This document shows, in pieces, positions 52,055 through 64,000 of a stretch of DNA of 64,000 nucleotides. How positions within the stretch are numbered: the stretch's first letter is position 1; every line of letters begins with the position of its first letter. Position numbers and translations under genes: made by a program. The notes under the pieces were generated by a model that saw only the letters and a list, made by a program, of their open reading frames with translations, was not told the origin of the DNA and made no database searches. The DNA is from Heterodontus francisci (lineage: Eukaryota), in contig NC_090399.1 of the NCBI RefSeq assembly GCF_036365525.1, positions 60,048,430-60,112,429 of the forward strand, written 5' to 3'.

Positions 52055-52705
52055 ATTTACCATTTCCACCTCTGTAATATCACCCTCTCTCAGCTCTTCT
52101 GCTGCTGAAACCTCATCCATGTCTTTGTTACTTTCAGACGTCACTATTCTAACACACTCCTGACTTGCCTCTCACATTCTACCCTCTGTAACCTTGCGGT
52201 CATCCAAAACCTTGCTGCCCATTTCCTAACTTGCACCAAATCCCATTCACCCATCACCCCTGTGCTCACTGACCTACACTCGCACCCAGTTAAACAAATA
52301 TCAATTTGAAAATTCTCATCCATATTTTCAAATCCCTCCATGGCCTCGTCCCTTCCAACCTCTGTAACACCCTCCGGTTCCACAACCCTCTGAGATATCT
52401 GTACTGCTCTAATTCTGGCCTCTGGAACATCCCTGATTTTAAACGTTCCACCATTGGTACCCTTACCTTTGATTGACAAGGCCTCAGGCTCTGGAATTCC
52501 CTCCCTACACCTCTCCACCTCTCTAACTCACTTTCCTCCTTTAAGACACACCTGAAAACCTACCTCTTTAACCAAGCTTTTGATCCGCTGTTCTAATATC
52601 TCCTTATGTGGCACTCTGTCATATTTTGTTTTGTAATGCCCCTGTGAAGCACTTTGGGATATTGTGTAATGTCACAGGCACTATATAAATACAAGTTCTT
52701 GTTGT
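52055..52705 (+). mobile_element. L2-clade LINE 3' fragment
   Basis: Decayed LIH.FVT.R..YSN, PITPVL.DLH..PV, KILI.IFKSLHGL; ends gcactatataaatacaagttcttgttgtt. Confidence 0.8.
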
Positions 52706-53170
52706 TTCCCAGCTTTGCTCCATTATCCCTTGATACCCTTAGTGAACAAATATCTCTCATTTTGAAAACTCCAATTGATCCCCAGCATCCAGAGCCTTTT
52801 GATCGAGCGATTTCCAAATTTCCACTGGCCTTTGTGTGAAGAAGTCTTTCTTGACATCACCCCTGAACGGCATAGCTCCAATGTGAAGACTATATCCCCA
52901 TATTCGTCATTCCCCCAATCAGGAAGTAGTTTTGCTGTATCTATTCTATCAAATTCTTGTAACATTTTAATCACTTCAATAATTCACCCTTTAATCTTCT
53001 AAACGCGAGAGAATATGAGCCAAATCTAAGCAATTTGTCCTGAACCCAATCAATCTGCCCTGTACCCACTCCAAGCCCAATAGATCATTCCAGAGGTGCA
53101 GTGTTCAGAACTAAACACAGCTCTCCAGATGTGCTCTAGCCAAAGCTCTGTTCAGCTGGAGCATAAATCC
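52706..53170 (-). mobile_element. CR1 LINE 3' fragment, old
   Basis: Decayed CR1 C-terminal coding sequence (K.LQEFDRID..KL.P, FRGDVKKDFFTQR...WK) on the minus strand. Confidence 0.65.
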
Positions 53171-53179
53171 ACCCCTATG

Positions 53180-54975
53180 GATAACAGGGGCTCTGTATTG
53201 TGTTGTGTTATGTTGGGGTTTATTTACAGGCCCTCTGTGATGTGTACTGGTTTATTTACAGAGGCTCTGAGTTATGTTGGGTTTTATTTACAGGATGCTC
53301 TGTTGTGTTGAGGTTTAGTTACAGGGACCATGTGTTGTGTTGGTGTTTATTTCCAGGGGCTCTGTGTTGTGTTGGGGTTTATTTACAGGGGCTCTGTGTT
53401 GTGCTGGGGTTTATTTACAGGGGCTCTGTGTTGTGCTGGGGTTTATTTCCAGGGGCTCTGTGTTGTGTTGGTGTTTATTTATAGGGGCTCTGTGTTGTGC
53501 TGGGGTTTATTTACAGGGGCTCTGTGTTGTGTTGGTGTTTATTTACAGGGGCTCTGTGTTGTGTTGTGTTTATTTACAGGGGCTCTGTGTTGTGTTGTGT
53601 TTATTTACAGGGGCTCTGTGTTGTGTTGGTGTTTATTTACAGGGGCTCTGTGTTGTATTGGTGTTAATTTCCAGGGGCTCTGTGTTTTATTGGGGTTTAT
53701 TTACAGGGGCTCTGTGTTGTGCTGGGGTTTATTTACAGGGGCTCTGTGTTGTGTTGGTGTTTATTTATAGGGGCTCTGTGTTGTGCTGGGGTTTATTTAC
53801 AGGGGCTCTGTGTTGTGTTGGTGTTTATTTTCAGGGGCTCTGTGTTGTGTTGTGTTTATTTACAGGGGCTCTGTGTTGTGTTGTGTTTATTTACAGGGGC
53901 TCTGTGTTGTGTTGGTGTTTATTTATAGGGGCTCTGTGTTGTATTGGTATTAATTTCCAGGGGCTCTGTGTTATGTTGGGGTTTATTTATAGGGGCTCTG
54001 TGTTGTGCTGGGGTTTATTTATAAGGGCTCTGTGTTGTGTTGGGGTTTATTTCCAGGGGATCTGTGTTGTATTGGTGTTAATTTCCAGGGGCTCTGTGTT
54101 ATGTTGGGGTTTATTTATAGGGGCTCTGTGTTGTGCTGGGGTTTATTTATAAGGGCTCTGTGTTGTGTTGGGGTTTATTTCCAGGGGCTCTGTTTTGTGT
54201 TGGTGTTTATTTATAGGGGCTCTGTGTTTTATTGGGGTTTATTTCCAGGGGCTCTGTGTTGTGTTGGTGTTTATTTACAGGGGCTCTGTGTTGCGTTGGT
54301 GTTAATTTCCAGGGGCTATGTGTTATGTTGGGGTTTATTTATAGGGGCTCTGTGTTGTGTTGGGGTATAATTACAGGGGCTCTGTGTTGTGCTGGGGTTT
54401 ATTTATAGGGGCTCTGTGTTGTGTTGGGGTTTATTTCCAGGAGCTCTGTTTTGTGTTGGTGTTTATTTATAGGGGCTCTGTGTTTTATTGGGATTTATTT
54501 ACAGGGGCTCTGTGTTGTGTTGGTGTTTATTTACAGGGGCTCTGTGTTGTATTGATGTTAATTTCCAGGGGCTCTGTGTTATGTTGGGGTTTATTTATAG
54601 GGGCTCTGTGTTTTATTGGGGTTTATTTACAGGGGCTCTGTGTTGTGTTGGTGTTTATTTACAGGGGCTCTGTGTTGTGTTGGTGTTTATTTACAGGGGC
54701 TCTGTGTTGTGTTGGTGTTTATTTATAGGGGCTCTGTGTTGTGTTGGTGTTTATTTCCAGGGGCTCTGTGTTGTGTTGGTGTTTATTTACAGGGGCTCTA
54801 TGTTGTGTTGTGTGGGTGTTTATTTCCAGGGGCTCTGTGTTGTGTTGGGGTTTATTTACAGGGCCTCTATGTTGTGTTGTGTCGGTGTTTATTTCCAGGG
54901 GCTCTGTGTTGTGTTGGGGTTTATTTACAGGGGCTCTGTGTTGTGTTGGTGTTTATTCATATGGGCTCTATTTTG
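53180..54975. repeat. 32-bp GT-rich minisatellite, about 55 copies, in intron 1
   Basis: Unit ggggctctgtgttgtgttggtgtttatttaca. Confidence 0.97.
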
Positions 54976-55134
54976 TGTTGCTTGGATGCATCTTTGGGTT
55001 CATATACTGTCACTGTGGGTTTTGTGTTTGGGCTTCTTGCCCTGATGTCACTCTCTATATATGTATGGCATTGCTGTTTTAGGCTTTATGCTCTGATATC
55101 TGTGGGAGATGGGGTGTCTGTGTGAGCGCGCAGT

Positions 55135-58090
55135 TGAGGATTTGGGGTTCATCTCCTGATGTCCCTCTGTCGCTCTCTGTGGCCTTGATGTTTTGGGGTT
55201 CATGCCCTGATGTCTCTCTCTCTCTCTCTCTGTGGTGTTGGTGTTTTGGGGTTCATGCCCTGATGTCTCTCTCTCTCTCTCTCTCTCTCTGGGGTTGATG
55301 TTTTGGGGTTCATGCCCTGATGTCTCTCTCTCTCTCTCTCTCTCTCTGGGGTTGGTGTTTTGGGGTTCATGCCCTGATGTCTCTCTCTCTCTCTCTCTCT
55401 CTGTGGTGTTGGTGTTTTGGGGTTCATGCCCTGATGTCTCTCTCTCTCTCTCTCTCTCTCTGGGGTTGGTGTTTTGGGGTTCATGCCCTGATCTCTCTCT
55501 CTCTCTCTCTCTCTCTCTGGGGTTGGTGTTTTGGGGTTCATGCCCTGATGTCTCTCTCTCTCTCTCTCTCTGTGGGGTTGTTGTTTTGGGGTTCATGCCC
55601 TGATGTCTCTCTCTCTCTCTCTGGGGTTGGTGTTTTGGGGTTCATGCCCTGATGTCTCTCTCTCTCTCTGTGGGGTTGATGTTTTGGGGTTCATGCCCTG
55701 ATGTCTCTCTCTCTCTCTCTGTGGGGTTGTTGTTTTGGGGTTCATGCCCTGATGTCTCTCTCTCTCTCTCTGGGGTTGGTGTTTTGGGGTTCATGCCCTG
55801 ATGTCTCTCTCTCTCTCTCTGTGGGGTTGATGTTTTGGGGTTCATGCCCTGATCTCTCTCTCTCTCTCTCTCTGTGGGGTTGATGTTTTGGGGTTCATGC
55901 CCTGATGTCTTTCTCTCTCTCTCTTTGTGCGTTTGGTGTTTCAGCGTTCATGCCCTGATGTCTTTCTCTCTCTGTGGGGTTGTTGATTTGGGGTTCATGC
56001 CCTGATGTCTCTCTCTCTCTCTCTCTCTCTGTGGGGTTGTTGTTTTGGGGTTCATGCCCTGATGTCTCTCTCTCTGTGGGGTTGATGTTTTGGGGTTCAT
56101 GCCCTGATGTCTCTCTTTCTCTGTGGGGTTGGTGTTTTGGGGTTCATGCCCTGATGTCTCTCTCTCTCTCTCTGTGGGGTTGATGTTTTGGGGTTCATGC
56201 CCTGATGTCTCTCTCTCTGTGGGGTTGTTGTTTTGGGGTTCATGCCCTGATGTCTCTCTTTCTCTGTGGGGTTGATGTTTTGGGGTTCATGCCCTGCTGT
56301 CTCTCTCTCTCTGTGGGGTTGGTGATTTGGGGTTCATGCCCTGATGTCTCTCTTTCTCTGTGGGGTTGGTATTTTGGGGTTCATGCCCTGATGTCTTTCT
56401 CTCTCTCTCTTTGTGGGGTTGGTGTTTTGGGGTTCATGCCCTGATGTGTCTCTCTGTGCGGTTGATGTTTTGGGGTTCATGCCCTGATGTCTTTCTCTCT
56501 CTCTCTCTGTGGGGTTGGTGATTTGGGGTTCATGCCCTGATGTCTCTCTTTCTCTGTGGGGTTGGTATTTTGGGGTTCATGCCCTGATGTCTTTCTCTCT
56601 CTGTGGGGTTGATGTTTTGGGGTTCATGCCCTGATGTCTCTCTCTCTCTCTCTGTGGGGTTGGTGTTTTAGGGTTCATGCCCTGATGTCTCTCTCTCTTT
56701 CTCTCTGTGGGGTTGATGTTTTGGGGTTCATGCCCTGATGTCTCTCTCTCTCTCTCTCACTCTCTGTGGTGTTGATGATTTGGGGTTCATGCCCTGATGT
56801 CTCTCTCTGTGAGGTTGGTGTTTTGGGGTTCATGCCCTGATGTCTCTCTCTCTCTCTCTCTGTTGGGTTTGTGTTTTGGGGTTCATGCCCTGATGTCTCT
56901 CTCTCTCTCTCTCTCGCTCTGTGGGGTTGTGTTTTGGGGTTCATGCCCTGATGTCTCTCTCTGTGGTGTTGATGTTTTGAGGTTGATGCCCTGATGTCTC
57001 TCTCTCTCTCTCTCTCTCTCTCTGTGAGGTTGGTGTTTTGGGGTTCATGCCCTGATGTCTCTCTCTCTCTCTCTCTGTTGGGTTTGTGTTTTGGGGTTTA
57101 TGCCCTGATGTCTCTCTCTTTCTCTCTCTGTTGGGTTTGTGTTTTGGGGTTTATGCCCTGATGTCTCTCTCTGTGGTGTTGATGATTTGAGGTTGATGCC
57201 CTGATGTCTCTCTCTCTCTCTCTGTTGGGTTTGTGTTTTGGGGTTCATGCCCTGATGTCTCTCTCTCTGTGGGGCTGTTGATTTGGGGTTCATGCCCTGA
57301 GCTCTCTCTCTGTGCAGTTGGTGTTTTAGCGTTGATGCCCTGATGTCTTTCTATCTCTGTGGGGTTGATGTTTTGGGGTTGATGCCCTGATGTCTCTCTC
57401 TCTCTCTCTCTCTCTGTTGGGTTTGTGTTTTGGGGTTCATGCTCTGATGTCTCACTCGCTCTGTGGGGTTGGTGATTTGGGGTTCATGCCCTGATGTCTC
57501 TCTCTCTCTCTCTCTCTCTCTGTTGGGTTTGTGTTTTGGGGTTCATGCTCTGATGTCTCACTCGCTCTGTGGGGTTGGTGTTTTGGGGTTCATGCCCTGA
57601 TGTCTCTCTCTCGCTCTGTGGGGTCGGTGATTTGGGGTTCATGCTCTGATGTCTCTCTCTCTCTCTCTCTCTCTCTGTGGGGTTGATGTTTTGGGGTTCA
57701 TGCCCTGATGTCTCTCTCTCTCTCTCTCTCTCTCTGTTGGGTTTGTGTTTTGGGGTTCATGCTCTGATGTCTCACTCGCTCTGTGGGGTTGGTGATTTGG
57801 GGTTGATGCCCTGATGTCTCTCTCTCTCTCTCTCTCTGTGGTGTTGATGTTTTCGTGTTCATGCCCTGATGTCTCTCTCTCTTTCTCTCTGTTGGGTTGG
57901 TGTTTTGGGGTTCATGCTCTGATGTCTCTCTCTCTCTCTCTCTGTTGGGTTTGTGTTTTGGGGTTCATGCTCTGATGTCTCACTCGCTCTGTGGGGTTGG
58001 TGATTTGGAGTTGATGCCCTGATGTCTCTCTCTCTCGCTTTCTCTCTGTTGGGTTGGTGTTTTGGGGTTCATGCCTGATGTCTTTCTGTG
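55135..58090. repeat. Compound mini/microsatellite, roughly 55-60 units, abutting the exon 2 acceptor
   Basis: Unit tgtggggttggtgttttggggttcatgccctgatgt(ct)n with variable n; the last unit ends directly in tctttctgtgtttcAG. Confidence 0.97.
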
Positions 58091-58096
58091 TTTCAG

Positions 58097-58357
58097 GATC
58101 TCACTCTCTCCGGTATTTCTACACGGCAATGACCCCGATTCCTGGTCTGCCAGAGTTTGTGGCCGTCGGTTATGTGGACGATGCTACGATTGATTACTAC
58201 GACAGCAATCTTCAGGAAGTAATCTCTCGGCAGCAGTGGATGGCGGAGAGTCAGGGCCCTGAGTACTGGGAACAGCAGACACAGATCCTGCGGAGTTCGG
58301 AGCACATTGGACAGACCAATATTCAGACCGCCTTAAACCGGACCAACCAGACGGGTG
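58097..58357 (+). CDS. MHC class I heavy chain, exon 2 (alpha1 domain), similar to the shark classical UAA type
   Basis: tttcAG|GA TCT CAC...; GSHSLRYFYTAMTPIPGLPEFVAVGYVDD...YDS...RQQWM...EYWEQQTQ...NRTNQTG|GTGAGA. 261 nt, phase 1-1, no stops; Y7, Y59, R84 and N86 equivalents present. Confidence 0.96.
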
Positions 58358-58379
58358 GTGAGACCTTGCCCTCCCACAA

Positions 58380-59040
58380 TGCTCTCTATTCCCGCACCAC
58401 TGTTTCTCTCTACATTTTCCTCATGTCTATTTACTGTCTCATATTCCTAAATTCAAGCCTCACCGTGTCTCTCTATTCCCCACCGTTGTGTCTATTTCCC
58501 CCTCCCATATTTGTCTATTCCACCACCCTGTCTCTCTATTCCTCTCTCCGTGTCTCTCTATTCCCCCATCTCTCTCTATTCCCCTCCAAGTCTCTCTTTT
58601 CCACCAAGGTGTCTTCCTATTGGACCCCCATCTCTCAATTGCCTCCTCCCCCACATCTCTCTCTACACCACTCTGTGCCTCTCTACTCCACCCCAGTGTC
58701 TCTCTATTCCCAACCCCCAACCCCTCCCCCCCCCGCCCCCCAAACCCCATCATGTCTCTCTATTCCCTCCAAGTCTCTCTGTTCCACTATGGTGTCTTTC
58801 TATTAGACCCCAGTCTCTCAACTGCCTCCCCCACAATGTTTCTCTATACACCCATCCGTCTCTCTCTCTCTCTATGCCCCCCGTGTCTCTGTATTTCACC
58901 CCTTTGCTGCTCTATTTTCACCCCAGTAACTCTCTATATCCCCTCCCATGTCTCTCTATTCCTCCATCTGTCTTTATTCTACCCCCATGTCTCTCTATTC
59001 CTCCCTCCCGTATCTCTCTATTCCCCCCACATATCTATTT
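58380..59040. repeat. Degenerate pyrimidine-rich minisatellite (tgtctctctattcccc) in intron 2; resumes at 59945-60300 and 61111-61168
   Basis: Recurrent gtctctctattccc motif with irregular spacing. Confidence 0.8.
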
Positions 59041-59049
59041 GACACTCCA

Positions 59050-59945
59050 TGCCTTCATAGTGAGAGGATTCGAGTACAGAAGCAGGGATGTCTTGTTGCA
59101 ATTATACAGGGCCTTGGTGAGGCCACACCTGAAATATTGTGAGCAGTTTTGGTCTCCTTATCTGAGGAAGGATGTTCTTGCTATAGAGGGAGTGCAGCAA
59201 AGGTTTAACAGACTGATTCCTGGGATGGCGGGACTGAGGTATGAGGAAAGATTAAGTCGCTAAGGATTATATTCGCTGGAGTTCAGAAGAGTGAGGGAGA
59301 ATCTCATAGAAACCTATAAAATTCTACCAGGGCTTGAACCTTTCAGGACTGAGATGTGGAGAACTTTCTTTACCCAGAGAATGGTGAGCCTGTGGAATTC
59401 ACTACCACAGAAAGCAGTTGAGGCCAAAACATTGTATGTTTTCAAGAAGGAGTTAGATATAGCTCTTGGGTCTAAAGGGATCAAAGGGTATGGGGCGAAA
59501 GCGGGACCAGGTTACTGAGTTGGATTTAGATTTAGATTTAGAGATACAGCACTGAAACAGGCCCTTCGGCCCACCGAGTCTGTGCCGACCATTAACCACC
59601 CATTTATACTAATCCTATACATATTTCTACTACATCCCCCACCTGTCTCTATATTTCCCTACCACCTACCTATACTAGGGGCAATTTATAATGGCCAATT
59701 TACCTATCAACCTGCAAGTCTATTGGCTGTGGGAGGAAACCGGAGCACCCGGAGAAAACCCACGCAGACACAGGGAGAACTTGCAAACTTCACACAGGCA
59801 GTACCCAGAATTGAACCCAGGTCGCTGGAGCTGTGAGGCTGCGGTGCTAACCACAGCGATCAGCTATGATCATAATGAATGGTGGAGCAGGCTCGAAGGG
59901 CCGAATGTCCTACTCCTGCTCCAATTTTCTATGTTTCTATGTATG
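59050..59945 (+). mobile_element. CR1 LINE 3' fragment interrupted by a SINE
   Basis: RGFEYRSRDVLLQLYRALVRPHL.YC.QFWSPY, FFTQR.V.LWNSLP; 3' UTR resumes at ~59858 and ends tctatgtttctatgt. Confidence 0.92.
59525..59855 (-). mobile_element. HE1-type SINE, slightly 5' truncated
   Basis: Reverse complement of the family at 9489-9824, with a (TCTAAA)n tail. Confidence 0.9.
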
Positions 59946-60301
59946 TTTCTATTCCCCCAACTCCCCTGGTTTTTCTCAACTCCCGTGTCACTATCCCACC
60001 ACGCACACCCCCCCCCCCCCACCGTCTCTCTCTGAACCCTCCCCATGTCCCTCTTTTCCCCTCCTGTGTCTCTCTTTTCCCCTCCTGTGTCTCTCTATCT
60101 ATTCCCCTCCTGTGTCTCTCTATCTTTTCCCCTCCTATGTCTCTCGATCTATTCCGCTCCTGTGTCTCACTATTCCCCTCCATATCTATTTCCCATCCCA
60201 TTTCTAACTGTTCCCCCACCCTCCCTAGTTTTTCTCTTCTTCCCACACCCTGTTTCTCTCTCTCTCTCTCTCTTCACTCCTCATGCCTTTCTGTTCCCCT
60301 G

Positions 60302-61110
60302 GGGAGAATTTTACAGACCCCCTGACATCAGGGGTTGTGGTGTGGGGAGTCCGGAAAATGCCTGAGGGACAGGCTCACCACAGACCATGATGCCGGGAAG
60401 GCCCGGCCCGATATTGCCGGCGGTGACGAGGCCTCATGGCGGCACTCCCACCGCTTGGCGTCGGGAGCCCAATTTAAATACATAAATTAATTTAAATAAA
60501 CAAAGAAATTCCCTTTACACTCCCGCCGTCTGTCCTGGTGTGATATTTGTGTCAGTGGCCGGCAATCCCACACCTTCGGATCCCCGTCCAGGGATTAAAG
60601 GCGGAACACTGGTGGAGAGGGCGGAGCAGGTGTGTTTCTCTGTGTGGAGAGGAGGGAGTTGGGTCACAGTTATCTCATTGGTGCAGGGGATGGGGGGGAA
60701 GGGGTGAAGTGTAAAGTTGATGCACATTGTGGGGGGAAGGTCAGGTGCGCAAGGTAACTGTTTTGTAGGGGGAGAGGGCTGGTAATTTAATCGATGGTTA
60801 TTGGGGGGGGGTTGGTGGGAGAGGGGCAAGATCAATTTATTTAATTTTTAAAAATCAATCGCTCTTTAAATATTTAAATTGAAATCTAGGGTTGGAAGCC
60901 CTTTAAAAATGGCCTCAGCGCCTGCACAAAGGTAGCTGACGCTGTTGCCGGGGACGGACAGCCGCCCTCTCCATGTCATCGTGGTGGGCGGTCCGAATCG
61001 GCTATTTAAATGAGCCGCCGCACTTAATATCGCGGGGGCTGTGCAATGTGCAGCCCGCCCTGCTTTCGCCCACCGCCGATTATGGTGACAGGACTATAAA
61101 TTTCAGCCCC
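60302..61110. mobile_element. MITE-like non-autonomous DNA transposon (PIF/Harbinger-like)
   Basis: Imperfect TIRs gggagaattttacagacc and ggactataaatttcagcccc, possible CTG target duplication; GC-rich non-coding interior splitting the pyrimidine minisatellite. Confidence 0.6.
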
Positions 61111-61169
61111 CTGTGTCTCTCTACTCCCCCAACTCGTCTCTCTCTGTTCCCCTACCCCTGCTGTGTCTC

Positions 61170-61730
61170 AAAAGAACTTAAGAAATAGGAGCAGGAATAG
61201 ACTATTGAGCCTTTTCCAACATTTAAAAGATCATGGCTGATCTTCTATCTCAATTCCACCTTCCTGCACCGTCCTCCCCTCCCTTCATTCCCTTTGCACC
61301 CAAAAATCTATCAACCTTTGTCTTGAATCTACTCAATGAGTGAGCATCCACAGTTCTTTAGGGTGGAGAATTCCAAAGATTCACAACCTTCTGCATGAAG
61401 ACATTTTTTTTTCAACTCAATCTACAATGACCAACTCCTTATTCTGAGACTGTGACCCCGTATTCTAGATTCCCCGAACAGGGGAATCAACCTCTCAGTG
61501 TCTACTCTGTCAAGCCCCTTCAGAATCTTGTATATTCCAATTAGATCACTTCCCATTCTTCTAAATTCCAGGGAATATAGGTCTACCATACTCAATTTCT
61601 TCTTATAGGCCAATTAACTGCAATCAGTCTAGAGAACCTTTGTTATACTCCATCTCGGGCAAGTACGTTCTTTCCTTAAACTGCACACAATATTCCAGGT
61701 GTGACCTCAACTATACCCTGTGTAATTGTA
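61170..61730 (-). mobile_element. CR1 LINE 3' fragment
   Basis: LYSLEFRRM.SDLI.IYKILKGLDRVD; tail aagaacttaagaaataggagcagg. Confidence 0.88.
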
Positions 61731-61739
61731 GTTATCATA

Positions 61740-63295
61740 TCGAAGGTAGAAAAAGTAAACTCACTATTTAAGAAAGGAGGGAGAGAGAAAATAGGTAACT
61801 ACAGACATGTTATCCCGACATTAGTAGGGGAAATGCTAGAATCTATTATAAAGGATGTGATAACTGGTCACTTAGAAAATAATGGTAGGATTGGGCAGAG
61901 TCACCATGGATTTATGAAAGGAAAATTATGTTTGACAAACCTGTTGGAATATTTTGAGGATGTAATTAGCAGGATAGATGAGGCGGAACCGGAGGATGTG
62001 GTGTATTTGGATTGTCAGAAGGCATTCGATAAGGTCCCACACAAGAGTAAGTAAGCAAAATTAGAGCACATGGGATTGGGGGTAATATACTGGCATGGAC
62101 TGAGAATTGGTTAATGACCAGAAAACATGGAGTAGGAATAAATGGGCCATTTTCAGGTTGGCAGGCTGTGACTACTGGGGTATGGCAGGAATCAGTGCTT
62201 GGATCCCAGCTATTCACAATCTATATCAATGATTTGGATATAGGGACCAAATGTAATATTTCCAATTATGCTGATGACACAAAACTAGGAGGCAATGTGA
62301 GTTGTGAGGAGCATACAAAGAGGCTTCAAGGGGATTTAGATAGGCTAAGTGAATGGACAAGAACATGACAGGTGGAATATAATGTGGATCCAGAGTATTT
62401 CTTAAATGGTGAGAGAATGGGAAGTGTTGATGTCCAAAGGGACCTGGGTCTCCTTGTTCATCAGTCACTAAAAAGTAACATGCAGGTGTTTAAAAAAAAA
62501 ACGCCACAGTATACAAGGCGATGGGCCAAGTGCTGGAAAATGGGATTAGAATAGTTAGGTGCTTGATGACTAGTACGAACACGATGGGCCAAAGGGCCTA
62601 TTTCTGTGCTGTAGAACTCTATGACTCTAGGTACAGCAAGCAATTAGGAAGGCAAATGGTATGTTGGCCTATATTGCAAGAGGATTTGAGTACAGGAGTG
62701 AAGATGTCTTGCTGCAATTTTATAGAGCCTTGGTGAGACCGTACCTGGAGTGTCGAGTATAGTTTTGGTCTCCTTGCCTCCGGAAGGATATACTTGCCAT
62801 AGAGGGAGTGCAACGAAGGTTCACCAAACTGATTCCTGGGATGGTGGGATTGTCCTATGAGGAGAGATTGAGGAGACTGGGCCTGTATGCTCCTGAGTTT
62901 GGAAGAATGATCTCATTGAAGCATACAAAATTCTTCGAAGTCTCGACAAGGTTGATGCAGGATGGAGGTTTCCCCTGGCTGGGGAGTCTCGAACCAGCGG
63001 CCACAGTCTCAGATTAAGGATTAGGCCATTTAGGACTGAGATGAGGATGAATTTCTTCACTCAGAGGGTAGTAAATCTTAGGAATTCTCTAACCCAGCGG
63101 GCTGTGGAGGCTCAGTCATTGAGTGTGTTCAAGAGAGAGATTGATAGTTCTCTAGATATTGAAGATATCAATGAATATGGGGATAGTGCAGGAGGATGCC
63201 CTTAGGGTAGAAAATCAGCCATGATCTAGTTAAATGGTGGAGTAGGCTCAAGGGGCTGAATGGCCTACTCTTGCTCCAATTTCCTATGTTCTCTA
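61740..63295 (+). mobile_element. CR1 LINE RT-to-3' fragment with a short nested CR1-type tail at ~62490-62628
   Basis: FKKGGREK.GNYR, HGFMKGK.CLTNL, YLD.QKAFDKVPH, YINDL, YADDTKLGG, 3' UTR gaatggcctactcttgctcc. Confidence 0.92.
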
Positions 63296-63315
63296 ATCTG
63301 ATTGATTTAATTTAA

Positions 63316-64000
63316 TTAAATCAGCTCATACACCAAGAGGATGCTGAACGACTTGGCCTCTAAAGCTTTGATAAAGTGAATAGTTTGAGCAATGCTGAGA
63401 AAGAGAAAGTAAAGCTCAGCCACGTCATTAGCAACCTCCTCATCCCTGAAGCATTTCCATCGTATTTTGGGGCATTCTTGCTCACCTAAACTCTGAAATG
63501 ATCTTGTTCGAGTTTTCCAGCATTTCCACAATCTGTCAATAGCCAGCAGTAGAAAAAGCCACCTGATCACAACGTGCTTCAACAGATTGCACTCCTCCAT
63601 GCCAACAAAGTCACAAAACTCCCTTAAATGCTCTGTTCTGATTGCAGAAGTGTGGAAGTGACCGTATACCTTGAGAATGATGGTTTTTTGTATCAACAGC
63701 GAGGTTTCAGATGATGTACCTTGTTGTATTATGCAAAATATGAGCCAAACAGTTGGCTGCAACTATGTCCGTTTGAGAGCCTTTTACTTCTTGGTAAATA
63801 CTGTTGTGCTTTTCAGAATTAACACTTGTGTTGTCAGCCAAATACACGGAAAGTCTTCATGGGATGAGATCAAAGGCACTGAGTTTGGATCATTTTTCTG
63901 TTGCGATTGCTTCCCAGGTTTCCTGGCTATCAGTATAAAAATCCAACAGTAAATGCGGGATCCCCTTCTCAAAATTAAAATATCCCAAACCGAAGGGGAA
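63316..64000 (-). pseudogene. hAT-family DNA transposase fragment
   Basis: Across shifted frames: DNTSVN, NCLAHILHN (CxxH), ILKVYGHF..SA.RTE.L.EFCDF, LLKHV.IRWL (RW motif). Confidence 0.8.

Noticed and set aside
53200-57293. Cys/Gly/Val-rich and RERE-rich ORFs
   Set aside because: Minisatellite and (CT)n translations within MHC intron 1.
58054-58806. 250-aa ORF as a complete protein
   Set aside because: Only 58097-58357 is exon; the rest is read-through into intronic low-complexity sequence beyond canonical splice sites.
58358-64000. MHC class I alpha2 exon, or truncation of the gene
   Set aside because: No HTxQxMxGC-type exon found, but the window ends in transposon debris and intron 1 is already 6.3 kb, so absence here does not show pseudogenisation.

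Overview
Repeat-saturated vertebrate genomic DNA, most likely from a shark or other cartilaginous fish (HE1-type and Deu-type SINEs, shark-type CR1 LINEs, and a shark-style MHC class I leader and alpha1 exon). The only host gene I can support is the 5' part of an MHC class I heavy-chain gene on the + strand: candidate promoter ~51290-51395, leader exon 51706-51754, alpha1 exon 58097-58357. I found no alpha2 exon before the window ends. About 40 kb (roughly 63%) is tandem repeat: a ~22 kb 37-bp satellite with nested higher-order duplications, a ~10 kb 33-bp array grown inside one SINE, and several minisatellites seeded from local sequence (a retroviral gag-pro junction, the MHC 5' region, the MHC splice donor and the MHC splice acceptor). 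Upstream of the MHC gene lie two decayed, co-oriented (- strand) endogenous retrovirus remnants. One has LTRs, a PBS-like site, a coiled-coil gag and an env whose Cys pattern resembles paramyxovirus F fusion proteins, which suggests a lokiretrovirus-like lineage. The other has gag, a zinc knuckle, protease and the start of RT. The rest is CR1, L2, RTE, Penelope, hAT and MITE debris. The many long ORFs in the arrays are repeat artefacts. All family assignments are by-eye pattern recognition; no database searches were run.
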